This document shows, piece by piece, positions 55,778 to 64,000 of a DNA stretch of 64,000 nucleotides (position 1 is the first letter of the stretch; the number at the start of each line of letters is the position of its first letter). Source of the DNA: Candidatus Lumbricidiphila eiseniae (GTDB lineage: Bacteria > Actinomycetota > Actinomycetes > Actinomycetales > Microbacteriaceae). Made by a program: the position numbers and the translations under genes. The notes under the pieces were generated by a model, which worked only from the letters and a program-made list of their open reading frames with translations, made no database searches and was not told the origin of the DNA. The stretch is from contig NAEP01000041.1 of assembly GCA_002529645.1 (NCBI GenBank), forward strand, positions 8,610-72,609. Reading direction: 5' to 3'.

Positions 55778-56725
55778 TCACGCCACGAGTTTTTGAGTGA
55801 CCAGGTCGAGGAATCGGCCGAAGTCCAGCCCGGTGGTGATGGTGATAAGGGGAAGTTCGGTCCATCGGTGGTGGTGTCGCCGATCAACCACGGTCATCCC
55901 TCTGGTGAGCTGATCATTGATCGAAATATCGCAGTGGACCTGCGCGGTCTTCACGAGTGAAGCGTCCACTGCTGCGGCTACCGCCACGCTGTCAATCAGT
56001 GAGCAGTATGACTGATAGCCGCGCCTGTTGACGAAATCGACCACCCGCACCGCCAGTGCTGCTTCCGGTTTCTCCGAGGCGCGCAGAATCTGTAGGTGTT
56101 CGGGCTCGAAGTTAATGCCGGGATGGGTCGCGACATCGAGCCCAACCGCCAGGAGGTTAAATCCCGCGTGGAATATGGCGCGGGCCGACTCCGGGTCAAC
56201 AAAGATGTTCCACTCGCTGACCGGATTGTCACCGGTCGCCTGCGTCCAGGCATACGGGGTCTCTCCGAAGGACCCGCCGACGATGATGAGTTCGGTTATC
56301 TTCGTCGGGAGTTCTGGGTCAAGGCGGAGTGCTTCGGCAATATTGGTGAGCGGGCCCAAGGCGCACACGGTGATGTTGCCAGCGTGTTCTTTGACGGTGT
56401 CCACGATGAGCTGTGCTGCTGACCGGTTATCGAGGGGGCGGGTCGAGTCCGGAAGGTTCGACTCTGCGAGCCCGTCCGAGCCGTGTGAGAAGGGATCCGA
56501 CGGGTACGACCCTCCTGAGGGAACCAGCGGCCCCTGCGCGACGGGGATGTCTGGCGCATCGAGCATATCGAGGATCCGTAGTGCATTTGCTGCCGTGCGG
56601 TCAGCGGTGAGGTTCCCGGTCACAGCCGTGATAGCCCGCACGCTGATCTCCTCCGATTTGAGAGCCAGTGAGATCGCAAGTGCGTCATCCATGCCCGGGT
56701 CGGTGTCAATGAGGACGTTTTTCAT
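55778..56725 (-). CDS. nucleoside hydrolase (IUNH family)
   Basis: MKNVLIDTDPGMDDALAISLAL signature. ATG 56725 is preferred over the ORF start at 56800. Confidence 0.85.
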   Translation of the reverse strand: MKNVLIDTDPGMDDALAISLALKSEEISVRAITAVTGNLTADRTAANALRILDMLDAPDIPVAQGPLVPSGGSYPSDPFSHGSDGLAESNLPDSTRPLDNRSAAQLIVDTVKEHAGNITVCALGPLTNIAEALRLDPELPTKITELIIVGGSFGETPYAWTQATGDNPVSEWNIFVDPESARAIFHAGFNLLAVGLDVATHPGINFEPEHLQILRASEKPEAALAVRVVDFVNRRGYQSYCSLIDSVAVAAAVDASLVKTAQVHCDISINDQLTRGMTVVDRRHHHRWTELPLITITTGLDFGRFLDLVTQKLVA

Positions 56726-56807
56726 GCTTGCTCCTTCGTTCGCAGGGCAGTCGCAATTCTCGGGTGCCAATGACCAGGGGTATGGTAAGCATAACAACAA
56801 GAGGATT

Positions 56808-57734
56808 ATGGCGGGAAGGAGCCATGTGGGCTACACGGCAATCCTTTCGCACATCGTGATCGACGAGATTTATGCCGCTGGAGCACTTCGTGCGGTGTCC
56901 GAGGTGGGCGGAGCGGGAGCATACGCAGCCATCGGTGCGAGCCTTGCGGGTAGGGCGTGGGACAGCGCCCTGGTGTCGGGAGTTGGCAGCGAAGATCGGA
57001 TCGCTCTTTCAGGGTGGTGCGCTCACAGGCAGATCGATTCGTCTGGCCTGTTCGTAGCTTCCGAACACAGTCCACGAACTCGCATTGAGTACTACGCAGA
57101 CGGTGAGCGGGACGAGACACCGGTGTTCGGACTCGAGCATTTCGATGCCCACACTCCACTCCCGGAACATATTCCGTTTGCACCGACTGATCTGCGTGGG
57201 ACGTATCTTTTTCATGCGCACGAATCTGAATACTGGTCGAAGATTTCCGACTTTCGTTCTCGTTCCACATCGCCCATCCTGTGGGAACTATCGAGAGACT
57301 CGTGTTCTCCGATGCTGCTGGGCACGGTGGTGGAGCGTGCCCAGCTCGTCGATATTGTGTCAATAAATCGCACCGAGGCGTTCGCGCTGCTGGCTACTTC
57401 TACGGTGGAGGAGACAATTCACAGGCTCAGAGACTTCAGCACAACGGTTCTCCTTCGCCTCGGGCATGAAGGTTCGGTGATCGTTGACGGCACGTACTCT
57501 GTTGCTATTCCGCCGGTGAAGGTACGCGTCGTTGATCCGACCGGAGGAGGCAATAGTTACTCGGGCGCGTTCATTGCCGCGTTTGCAGTTTCTGGAAACC
57601 TTGCCGACGCCGGCCGACTGGCTGCCGCCTCGGCCGGGCTCGTCATCTCACAGCAGGGGGCACCGCTCGTGAGTGACACTGAACGCGACTGGGTGGAAGA
57701 GTCCGCGGGCAGTCTCACCCTCCGCACGATCTGA
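56808..57734 (+). CDS. PfkB-family carbohydrate kinase-like protein (GAGD motif reads GGGN)
   Basis: The C-terminal 309 codons of ORF 56028..57734 are used, with AAGAGGA upstream of the ATG. The ribokinase-like motif reads VVDPTGGGNSYSGAFIAAF. Confidence 0.7.
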   Translation: MAGRSHVGYTAILSHIVIDEIYAAGALRAVSEVGGAGAYAAIGASLAGRAWDSALVSGVGSEDRIALSGWCAHRQIDSSGLFVASEHSPRTRIEYYADGERDETPVFGLEHFDAHTPLPEHIPFAPTDLRGTYLFHAHESEYWSKISDFRSRSTSPILWELSRDSCSPMLLGTVVERAQLVDIVSINRTEAFALLATSTVEETIHRLRDFSTTVLLRLGHEGSVIVDGTYSVAIPPVKVRVVDPTGGGNSYSGAFIAAFAVSGNLADAGRLAAASAGLVISQQGAPLVSDTERDWVEESAGSLTLRTI

Positions 57735-57775
57735 TGACGGGAGCGGGTGCTCTCGAGTCGATTCGCAGTGCACTG

Positions 57776-57875
57776 GGTATCACCATCACGCTGGGGTCAT
57801 GCGCATCGGTGATCTGGCGGTCGGTGCCCGAGGCGGGGCATCCCCATCACGTCGGGGTCATGCGTTCCAGTGATT
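57776..57875. repeat. 39-bp direct repeat pair, 61-bp period (locus G)
   Basis: GGTATCACCATCACGCTGGGGTCATGCGCATCGGTGATC (57776-57814) and GGCATCCCCATCACGTCGGGGTCATGCGTTCCAGTGATT (57837-57875) match at 30/39 positions. Confidence 0.7.
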
Positions 57876-58071
57876 CCGGCTTCCGTGGAATCGGGTGGGC
57901 GTCGGTTGGGGGATATGTCCGGCTCTGGCACACGGACATCCCGGATATGTGGGCTCGTGTCGGGCACTGAACGATGGCCGGGAGGTTCGTGCGGGCTGCG
58001 TGTGAGGGCTCGGTTGAGAAGGCCGTGGTGGTTGCTAGAGCCAGCAGGGGGCACAAGTCTGGGCTGCACCG

Positions 58072-58100
58072 TTGACACAAAGGTCTCAAAGTTATAGCGT
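58072..58100 (+). promoter_or_regulatory. candidate promoter of the sugar ABC operon
   Basis: TTGACA (58072-58077), a 17-bp spacer, then TAGCGT (58095-58100, which fits TANNNT). It lies 67 bp upstream of the SBP ATG. Confidence 0.35.
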
Positions 58101-58166
58101 CAGTACAACCATCCCAATGATGTGCAGGATTGCGTCTCATTGGTCCGAGAGTAGGAGCGTCACAAA

Positions 58167-59522
58167 ATGACACGAAAGAGGAGTATCACCGCTGCTATCA
58201 GCATCGCTGCGGCAGTCGCTATCACGATGGCGGGATGTGTCGGGGGCAGCAGCTCCGGCGGCCGTCAAACCTTGCAACTGTGGTTCTGGGGCGCGCCACC
58301 TCAGCAACAGGAGACGATGCAAAAGGTTCTGGTTGACGGGTTCAACGCGTCTCAGAGCAGGTACACCCTGCAGGTAACCTTCAACAACGCGGTAGACAAG
58401 AACGTGCAGGTCGCCCTCAGCGCGGGCAAAGGACCGGACATCGTTTACGGGTCTGGGCCAGCTTTCTCTGCCCAGTATGCCGTGCAGGACAAGCTCGCAG
58501 ACATGACTGCCTACGCGAAAAAGTACGGATGGGAAGATCGCATCCTGACTCCGATGTACCAGTCCGGGACGGTAGACGGCAAGCTCTACTCCCTCCCCAA
58601 CTCCATCGAAGACATCGGAGTTTTCTATAACACGAGGGTGCTCGAGAAGCTCGGCGTCGCAGTGCCACAGACGTATTCCGAGTTCATTACCGTGATGGAC
58701 AAGGCGGCAGCAGCTGGTCTGTATCCATCGGTTACCGGGAATCAGGGCTGGAAGCCAGTGAACCAAAACTACATTTCACTCTTCTTGTCCCACGTCGCGG
58801 GTGGCAAGACCATGTATGACGCACTACAGGGCAAAATTCCGTGGACTGACCCTCGAATTGAAAAAGCAGTTAGAGCATCGGCAGACTTTTATCAGAAGGG
58901 CTATCTGGGCGGCAAAGACTATTCAACGCTGAACTTCGACCAGTCGATGCAGTTGCTCAGCCAGCAAAAATCCCCATTTTTCATTGGTCCGAGCCTTGCC
59001 TTTCAATTCGCATCAAACTACTTTAACGATAAGGCAGGAAATACTGCTGACCTCGGGTACATGACTTTCCCAACGGTAAGTCCAACGCTGCCCACACCGT
59101 ACTATACGCTCGGCACAACGGCGTCGCTTTCGATCAACGCAGCGTCAAAAGACAAGGATGGTGCCGCCGAGGTTATCGACTACATGATGACCAGTTCGTT
59201 TGCACAGGAAATGAACAAGACCTGGCCGGGATACTGGGCAGTTCCGCTGAAGAATTTCGACCTGAAATCTGCTGACTACACCGGGCTATCAAAACCGTTT
59301 GTTGACTCGATCAAAAGCACAATCAAGGGTGTAAATGACGGAAACTATGGATTTTTTGTCGGCACATTTTTCCCTCCTGCGACGGCTACCGCTTTCACCG
59401 ATATCGACTCGGTGTGGCTGGGAACGGTGACAGCGAGCACCTTCCTCCAAAACATCGAGAAAACGTTCAAGGAGGAACAGGCCAAGGGTCTAGTGCCACC
59501 CCTTCCGGAACCCGCTAACTAG
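58167..59522 (+). CDS. ABC transporter substrate-binding lipoprotein (family 1 sugar SBP)
   Basis: 451 aa with a lipobox TMAGCVGG. Confidence 0.85.
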   Translation: MTRKRSITAAISIAAAVAITMAGCVGGSSSGGRQTLQLWFWGAPPQQQETMQKVLVDGFNASQSRYTLQVTFNNAVDKNVQVALSAGKGPDIVYGSGPAFSAQYAVQDKLADMTAYAKKYGWEDRILTPMYQSGTVDGKLYSLPNSIEDIGVFYNTRVLEKLGVAVPQTYSEFITVMDKAAAAGLYPSVTGNQGWKPVNQNYISLFLSHVAGGKTMYDALQGKIPWTDPRIEKAVRASADFYQKGYLGGKDYSTLNFDQSMQLLSQQKSPFFIGPSLAFQFASNYFNDKAGNTADLGYMTFPTVSPTLPTPYYTLGTTASLSINAASKDKDGAAEVIDYMMTSSFAQEMNKTWPGYWAVPLKNFDLKSADYTGLSKPFVDSIKSTIKGVNDGNYGFFVGTFFPPATATAFTDIDSVWLGTVTASTFLQNIEKTFKEEQAKGLVPPLPEPAN

Positions 59523-59534
59523 TGCCGAGAATGT

Positions 59535-59573
59535 GACGGGACACGCCGCCGAGACCGGGCGGTGTGCCCCGTC
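59535..59573 (+). other. long imperfect stem-loop directly after the SBP gene
   Basis: GACGGGACACGCCGCC-GAGACCG-GGCGGTGTGCCCCGTC: a 16-bp stem with 2 mismatches and no strong T-run. It may act as an intra-operon mRNA stabiliser or attenuator. Confidence 0.5.
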
Positions 59574-59590
59574 GTCTATAGGGAAGGATC

Positions 59591-60505
59591 ATGGTTACTA
59601 CCGTCTCGGTATCACCCGCGCACAGGATAGCTAGCGGTCGCCGCGCAAGCTACCTTCGACGAAAGAGCGCACTCAACTGTGTGCTCGTGGCCCCGGCCCT
59701 CCTCCTGTCGATTATCGTTGTTGTTATCCCGGGAGCGCTTACGCTCCTGTTGGCCTTCACAAACTGGAGCGGAATCGGGTTCAACTTCCAGTTTGTAGGC
59801 ATCGACAACTTCGAAAAAATTCTCGCCGACCCGGTCTTTGCGACGTCGCTGAGAAACAACATCACATGGCTTGTACTGTTTCTCACGCTGCCCGCGATTA
59901 TCGGCCTGTTGACGGCGGCGCTACTCTTGGGCCGCAAGAAGATGCGCACCTTTTATCAGGTGATCTACCTAATGCCGTACGTATTAGCGCCGGTCGTCAA
60001 CGCACTGATCTGGCAGACGGTTATCTACAATCCGCACGGGGGTGTGTTTGGTTTGTTCGGAATTCAACCGCCGTCCGGATCAGCCGCTACCTCGCTCTAT
60101 GCGGCTGCTGCCGTGGACATGTGGCACTACTGGGGATTCCTCACCGTGGTGTACCTCGGGGCGATGCGGCAGACACCGGGTGACCAGGTAGAGGCGGCGA
60201 TCGTCGACGGTGCGAACGGTTGGCAGGTTTTTCGAAACATCTACCTGCCGAGCATCCGGCCCACACTGCTGCTCATGGGGGTTATGGCGGTCATCTTTTC
60301 GTTCCTGGCGTTCGACTACATCTACCTGCTCACGCAGGGTGGCCCGGCGCACTCCAGTGAGGTCATGGGTACGTACGCCTACGCTTTTGCCTTCTCTTCT
60401 TTTGAGTTTGGTAAAGCTGCAGCTGTTGGCATCATCATGAGTTTCTTCGGCCTGATCGCGTCGGTTCTGTACACGTGGATCAGCAGAAGGGATGTGACAA
60501 AATGA
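59591..60505 (+). CDS. sugar ABC transporter permease
   Basis: 304 aa with 6 TM helices and the EAA-type loop VEAAIVDGANGWQVFRNIYLPSI. Confidence 0.85.
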   Translation: MVTTVSVSPAHRIASGRRASYLRRKSALNCVLVAPALLLSIIVVVIPGALTLLLAFTNWSGIGFNFQFVGIDNFEKILADPVFATSLRNNITWLVLFLTLPAIIGLLTAALLLGRKKMRTFYQVIYLMPYVLAPVVNALIWQTVIYNPHGGVFGLFGIQPPSGSAATSLYAAAAVDMWHYWGFLTVVYLGAMRQTPGDQVEAAIVDGANGWQVFRNIYLPSIRPTLLLMGVMAVIFSFLAFDYIYLLTQGGPAHSSEVMGTYAYAFAFSSFEFGKAAAVGIIMSFFGLIASVLYTWISRRDVTK

Positions 60506-61326
60506 TGCGCTACATCAAGAGTATGACGGGACACCTGGTGTTGGCAATATTCGCGATACTGGCTTTGATCCCGTTGCTGCTGGTGTTGATCAATAGCTTC
60601 AAATCAAACGCCGAGACGCTGAAGAATCCATTCCAGCTACCGAGTTCGCTCAGTTTTGACAATTTTGTGACGGCCTGGACCTATGGGAAATTCAGCCATG
60701 GATTCATCAACAGCATTATTCTCACCGGTGCGACTGTCATCGTCGTGCTTGTTTTTTCGAGTCTCGCCGGTTACGTACTGGCGGGTCAGAAAATAAAACG
60801 CTGGCCGGTGATTATGGTCTACTTCACGATGGCCATGACCGTTCCGATTCAGTTGTTCATATTTCCGCTGTACTCAGCGGTTGCGGCGCTCAATCTCACC
60901 GACAATGTCGTCGTCGTTGGTGTGATTTTGGCGGCGATCAACATGCCATTCGCCACCTTCCTCATGCGTACCTTTTTCCTCAGTGTGCCGTCAGAAATCG
61001 AAGAAGCAGCAGTAATGGATGGGGTAAACACGTTTCAGCTCGTGAGACGCGTGCTGATTCCGATCGTCCGACCCGGACTCATTACCGTCGGAGTCATCAT
61101 CGGACTCAACTCGTGGAACGAGTTTTTGATCTCGTCTACGTTCCTGCAAAATCCAGAGAACCAGACGCTCACACTCGGATTTCTTACAATGAACGGAACA
61201 TTCAGCACCGACATCGGCACAATGATGGCGGGTGCATTGATTCTCATTGTCCCTATTTTGGCGGTGTTTGTTGCGCTGCAACGCTTCGTGGTGGACGGCA
61301 TGGCAAACGGTTCGGTCAAGGGCTGA
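60502..61326 (+). CDS. carbohydrate ABC transporter permease
   Basis: EEAAVMDGVNTFQLVRRVLIPIV loop. ATG 60502 overlaps the upstream TGA. Confidence 0.85.
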   Translation: MMRYIKSMTGHLVLAIFAILALIPLLLVLINSFKSNAETLKNPFQLPSSLSFDNFVTAWTYGKFSHGFINSIILTGATVIVVLVFSSLAGYVLAGQKIKRWPVIMVYFTMAMTVPIQLFIFPLYSAVAALNLTDNVVVVGVILAAINMPFATFLMRTFFLSVPSEIEEAAVMDGVNTFQLVRRVLIPIVRPGLITVGVIIGLNSWNEFLISSTFLQNPENQTLTLGFLTMNGTFSTDIGTMMAGALILIVPILAVFVALQRFVVDGMANGSVKG

Positions 61327-61448
61327 GATGGTAATCAAACTTGACAAATCGTATCATCCGCACGTTCCCAGCACTGGGCACATCACATCGCATGACTTCC
61401 TGACCATTGAAACCACGACTAGACCATAAATTGAGGAAAGGCAGCACC

Positions 61449-61886
61449 ATGACACCCACTGGAAAGTGGCACAGCATTCCCATCAACACGAAACCGGCCG
61501 AGGGGTTTGCGAACCCGGTGTACTACGTTGACCTCACTACACAGCTTCAGGAGGTTGCCAAGGGCGAGCACGGTGACGGACTTTTGAACGTCTTTCTTCC
61601 GCACACCACCTGCACCCTGATCTTCAACTCGGGTGTTGACGGCACAACGCTGCAGGACATCCGGCTGTTTGTGGAATCGCAGGTGCCGATTGATCGACCG
61701 TTTGTCCACCTCCACGACGGCCCGCAAGACGCGGCCGCACACATTCGGTGTGTGTTCGGTGTCCAGTCATTACAGCTTCCTATCATCGACGGGGAACTGG
61801 GCATCGGGCACAGCCAGGGCGTGTATCTCCTCGAAATGGACGGACCTCGTGACCGCACCGTGCAGTTCGCCGTGCAGACATTCTGA
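61449..61886 (+). CDS. YjbQ/UPF0047 family protein (secondary thiamine-phosphate synthase-type fold)
   Basis: LNVFLPHTTCTLIFNSG...DAAAHIRCVFGVQSLQLPIIDGELGIGHSQGVYLLEMDGPRDRTV. GAGGAAAGG lies upstream of ATG 61449. Confidence 0.7.
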   Translation: MTPTGKWHSIPINTKPAEGFANPVYYVDLTTQLQEVAKGEHGDGLLNVFLPHTTCTLIFNSGVDGTTLQDIRLFVESQVPIDRPFVHLHDGPQDAAAHIRCVFGVQSLQLPIIDGELGIGHSQGVYLLEMDGPRDRTVQFAVQTF

Positions 61887-62785
61887 TGGCAACAGTCGGT
61901 GTGCGGGCCGGCCTGTCGATCGATCATCTGGTGACGGTTGACAGGGGCGCGCGATTTGATCAGCTCGGTGGTCCAGGGCTATACGGAACACTCGGTGCAC
62001 GATTGGTCGAGGGAACCTCGACAAGCCTCTTCGCGAGCCTGCCAGCCGACGACAATCGTTTCGCAGTGCTTTTTGCTGATCTCGGTGTCGATGTTAGATA
62101 CTGCCAAACCGTGCCGAAAGTTCCACGGGTGTGGATCCTCAATGCGCGTGAGGGCAGAAGGATCGTTGCAATCTCAACACCGGGCGGTGTTGAGATCGAA
62201 GGTGGAACCGCGGTCGGAGACAAGGATGACGAGGGTGAGCTCATGTATCCGCCGACCGAGTTTTACCAACAACTTGACGCCCTGTTCGAAAGCTCACCGG
62301 TTGATGCCCCCCGACCGGAGCATCCGATAACCGTCGGGATTGACCCGCACCAGATTCCACTGCGGACCGAAGGATTCGGCTACGTGGAACGTGTCACACC
62401 GCCGGGCTCGGTACTGCTTCCGAGCCGGGTGCACCTGCTCCTGCTGGACAGGGATCCGCGCCGGGCAGCGAGGGAACTGGCTGCCCGAACGGGCGGCCCG
62501 GTTGTTGCCCGGCTGGATACGGAGGGAATGTACATTGTCTCCTCAAACAGAAATTGGTCGGTGCGAGACTCCGCCGTTAACGTCGTCGAGACAACCGGAG
62601 CCGGTGACTCCTCGGCCGCCGCGATTGTCTCGGCACTAGCGATCGGAGCAGACCTAGTCACCGCGGCCCGCTTCGGGGCGAGTGTTGCCCGACTTGCTCT
62701 GTCGGGCTGGGGGCACTCCGGACTACTCCGCTCGAAACCTCTCACTGCCCCCTTGAACAATATCGAATCGAAACAGGAACTGTGA
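61886..62785 (+). CDS. PfkB-family carbohydrate kinase
   Basis: 299 aa with an intact VVETTGAGDSSAAAIVSAL motif. It is translationally coupled to both neighbours. Confidence 0.75.
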   Translation: MATVGVRAGLSIDHLVTVDRGARFDQLGGPGLYGTLGARLVEGTSTSLFASLPADDNRFAVLFADLGVDVRYCQTVPKVPRVWILNAREGRRIVAISTPGGVEIEGGTAVGDKDDEGELMYPPTEFYQQLDALFESSPVDAPRPEHPITVGIDPHQIPLRTEGFGYVERVTPPGSVLLPSRVHLLLLDRDPRRAARELAARTGGPVVARLDTEGMYIVSSNRNWSVRDSAVNVVETTGAGDSSAAAIVSALAIGADLVTAARFGASVARLALSGWGHSGLLRSKPLTAPLNNIESKQEL

Positions 62786-63753
62786 ACGTGATAAACCTAG
62801 AACATCTCACCCGGCTCATCGACTCGTTGGAGAGTTCTGACGATATCCGTCCGAACACAAAACCCGCGAGTTCCGAAGGGACCATCTTTATTGGCTCGGG
62901 CGATTCTCTATCCTCCGGGATCTTGGCGACCGCCTTTGGGCATCGGGCGTTCTCATCGGGCGACCTCACCTGGACCGGCACCCTTCCATTCGGAACCCAG
63001 ACCGTGGTCGGAATCTCTCACTCGGGCAATTCGGGAGCCACGGTGCGGGCGATTCGCCTAGCCCGCGAGGTCGGCAAGCGCACCATTGCTATTACCTCTA
63101 ACCCGGCCTCACCCCTGGCCACAGAAGCAGATGAGATCCAGGTGGTGCCAACGCTCACCATTGCTGAGGTTGTTCCGTGCGCTGGTCACTTGATGCTCGG
63201 GTTGGGGGTAGCGGCCGTGTGCGGCGTTGACACCGCAGCGGCAAGCAGCGAACTCGCGCGCACGATCGCGGCGCATCGCGGCACGATCCAGACCACTGTC
63301 GATGCACTGCCCGCGTCAGCGCCGAACGGAATCTCAATTCTCACCCTTCCGGAACTTCGCGGGGCGGGAGACTTCTGGGCGCTCAAACTTATTGAGGCGA
63401 CAGGACTTACGGTCCGAACGGTTGCGCTTGAAGAGAGTGGTCACGTGGACTACTTCATCGGCCCGGACAGCCACCTGGTGCTGCAACTGGTGGGGGCGGC
63501 CGGGAGGGATCGGTTTGAACGACTCGCTGCCGCCCTGGTAAGCACGGGACAGACGGTGCATCCCGTGTGCTTTGGTGGCCGCGCCACTGACGATATGCGT
63601 GCCGCCGTGCTCGTCGAGATAGCCGGGGCTGCGGTCGGAGCGCTCGTCGCGGAAGCGGCGGCTGCACAATGGGACCGACCGCCGTTTCGAGGTGGCGCGG
63701 TCAACATGGACGCTCGGCACATCAAACTCGACGGCGAGCCCTACTCCACCTAA
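62782..63753 (+). CDS. double SIS-domain protein (FrlB/GlmS-isomerase-like deglycase/isomerase)
   Basis: 323 aa with GSGDSLSS...VVGISHSGNSGATVRAIRLAREVGKRTIAITSN and a second SIS-like half. Confidence 0.7.
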   Translation: MNVINLEHLTRLIDSLESSDDIRPNTKPASSEGTIFIGSGDSLSSGILATAFGHRAFSSGDLTWTGTLPFGTQTVVGISHSGNSGATVRAIRLAREVGKRTIAITSNPASPLATEADEIQVVPTLTIAEVVPCAGHLMLGLGVAAVCGVDTAAASSELARTIAAHRGTIQTTVDALPASAPNGISILTLPELRGAGDFWALKLIEATGLTVRTVALEESGHVDYFIGPDSHLVLQLVGAAGRDRFERLAAALVSTGQTVHPVCFGGRATDDMRAAVLVEIAGAAVGALVAEAAAAQWDRPPFRGGAVNMDARHIKLDGEPYST

Positions 63754-63831
63754 AATTCTCGTCGCGGCGGCCCGCAAATTCGCAAAGGTTATGATGTCAT
63801 AGCACAAATTCCAAACCGCTGGGGAGATTGA

Positions 63832-64000
63832 GTGACCGCCGAATCTTTCGTGCAGCCGATTGCCACCATGGCGACGGTCGTCGATCGAAAATCACCGTTG
63901 CCGGCGTGGGCGCAGGTCGAGCGTGATCTGCGAGCGTTGATTGATCAGAAACTCGAGATCGGGTCGCGACTTCCCACCGAAAACGAACTGGCGTCAATCT
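63832..64000 (+). CDS. GntR family transcriptional regulator (partial, runs off the window)
   Basis: GTG 63832 follows GGGGAG. PLPAWAQVERDLRALIDQKLEIGSRLPTENELASI is a typical GntR N-terminal winged helix. Confidence 0.75.
   Translation, partial: MTAESFVQPIATMATVVDRKSPLPAWAQVERDLRALIDQKLEIGSRLPTENELASI

Noticed and set aside
56028-56807. The N-terminal 260 codons of the 568-aa ORF 56028..57734.
   Set aside because: This part is antisense to the well-supported nucleoside hydrolase gene and has Ser/Arg/Ala-rich junk composition. Only the part from ATG 56808, which has an RBS and PfkB motifs, is credible.
53177-61416. The shared 13-mer CCATTGAAACCAC at 53177-53189 and 61404-61416.
   Set aside because: Across a 64-kb window, tens of exact 13-mer coincidences are expected by chance, and the two contexts are functionally unrelated.

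Overview
High-GC actinobacterial chromosome segment, Microbacteriaceae-like by protein families and the tmRNA tag ANAKRTDFALAA. It splits into four blocks.

(1) 1-18.4 kb is a conserved core. It holds a DUF3107 gene, the AdnA/AdnB-type helicase-nuclease pair, a kinase-fold phosphotransferase, a UvrD-family helicase, an E1-like protein, a DUF2342 zincin-like protein, a PDZ/Lon-type protease and the large UPF0182 membrane protein. From memory, this gene order matches the M. tuberculosis Rv3193c-Rv3202c neighbourhood.

(2) 18.6-36.8 kb is a mosaic carbohydrate/organic-acid catabolic island with much lower GC (single 60-nt lines hand-counted at 32-55% against about 73% in the core). It carries two ABC importers, AraC and GntR regulators and about 12 enzymes. 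It ends at a tyrosine-recombinase remnant next to tRNA-Lys(CTT).

(3) 37.3-54.8 kb is core housekeeping: hisN-like, smpB, tmRNA, ftsX, ftsE, prfB, tRNA-Leu, dedA, a CDF transporter, rdgB, rph, murI, pncB, DUF3039, two ABC exporters and wzm/wzt.

(4) 54.8-64 kb is a second accessory sugar cluster that resembles fructosamine (frl) utilisation.

No recognisable defence system, cas genes or intact mobile element is present. The signals most worth a second look are non-genic:
- a perfect (TTGCACGG)x6 tract that splits a 180-codon gene into two frames, a candidate phase switch;
- a CRISPR-like three-repeat mini-array (29-nt repeats, 31-32-nt spacers) at the left island border;
- at least eight intergenic loci with locus-specific direct repeats spaced 59-62 bp apart;
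- a perfect 21-bp x4 tandem repeat between prfB and ftsE;
- an 18-bp periodic array between two island genes.

All coordinates and counts were made by hand from the sequence. No database search was possible.
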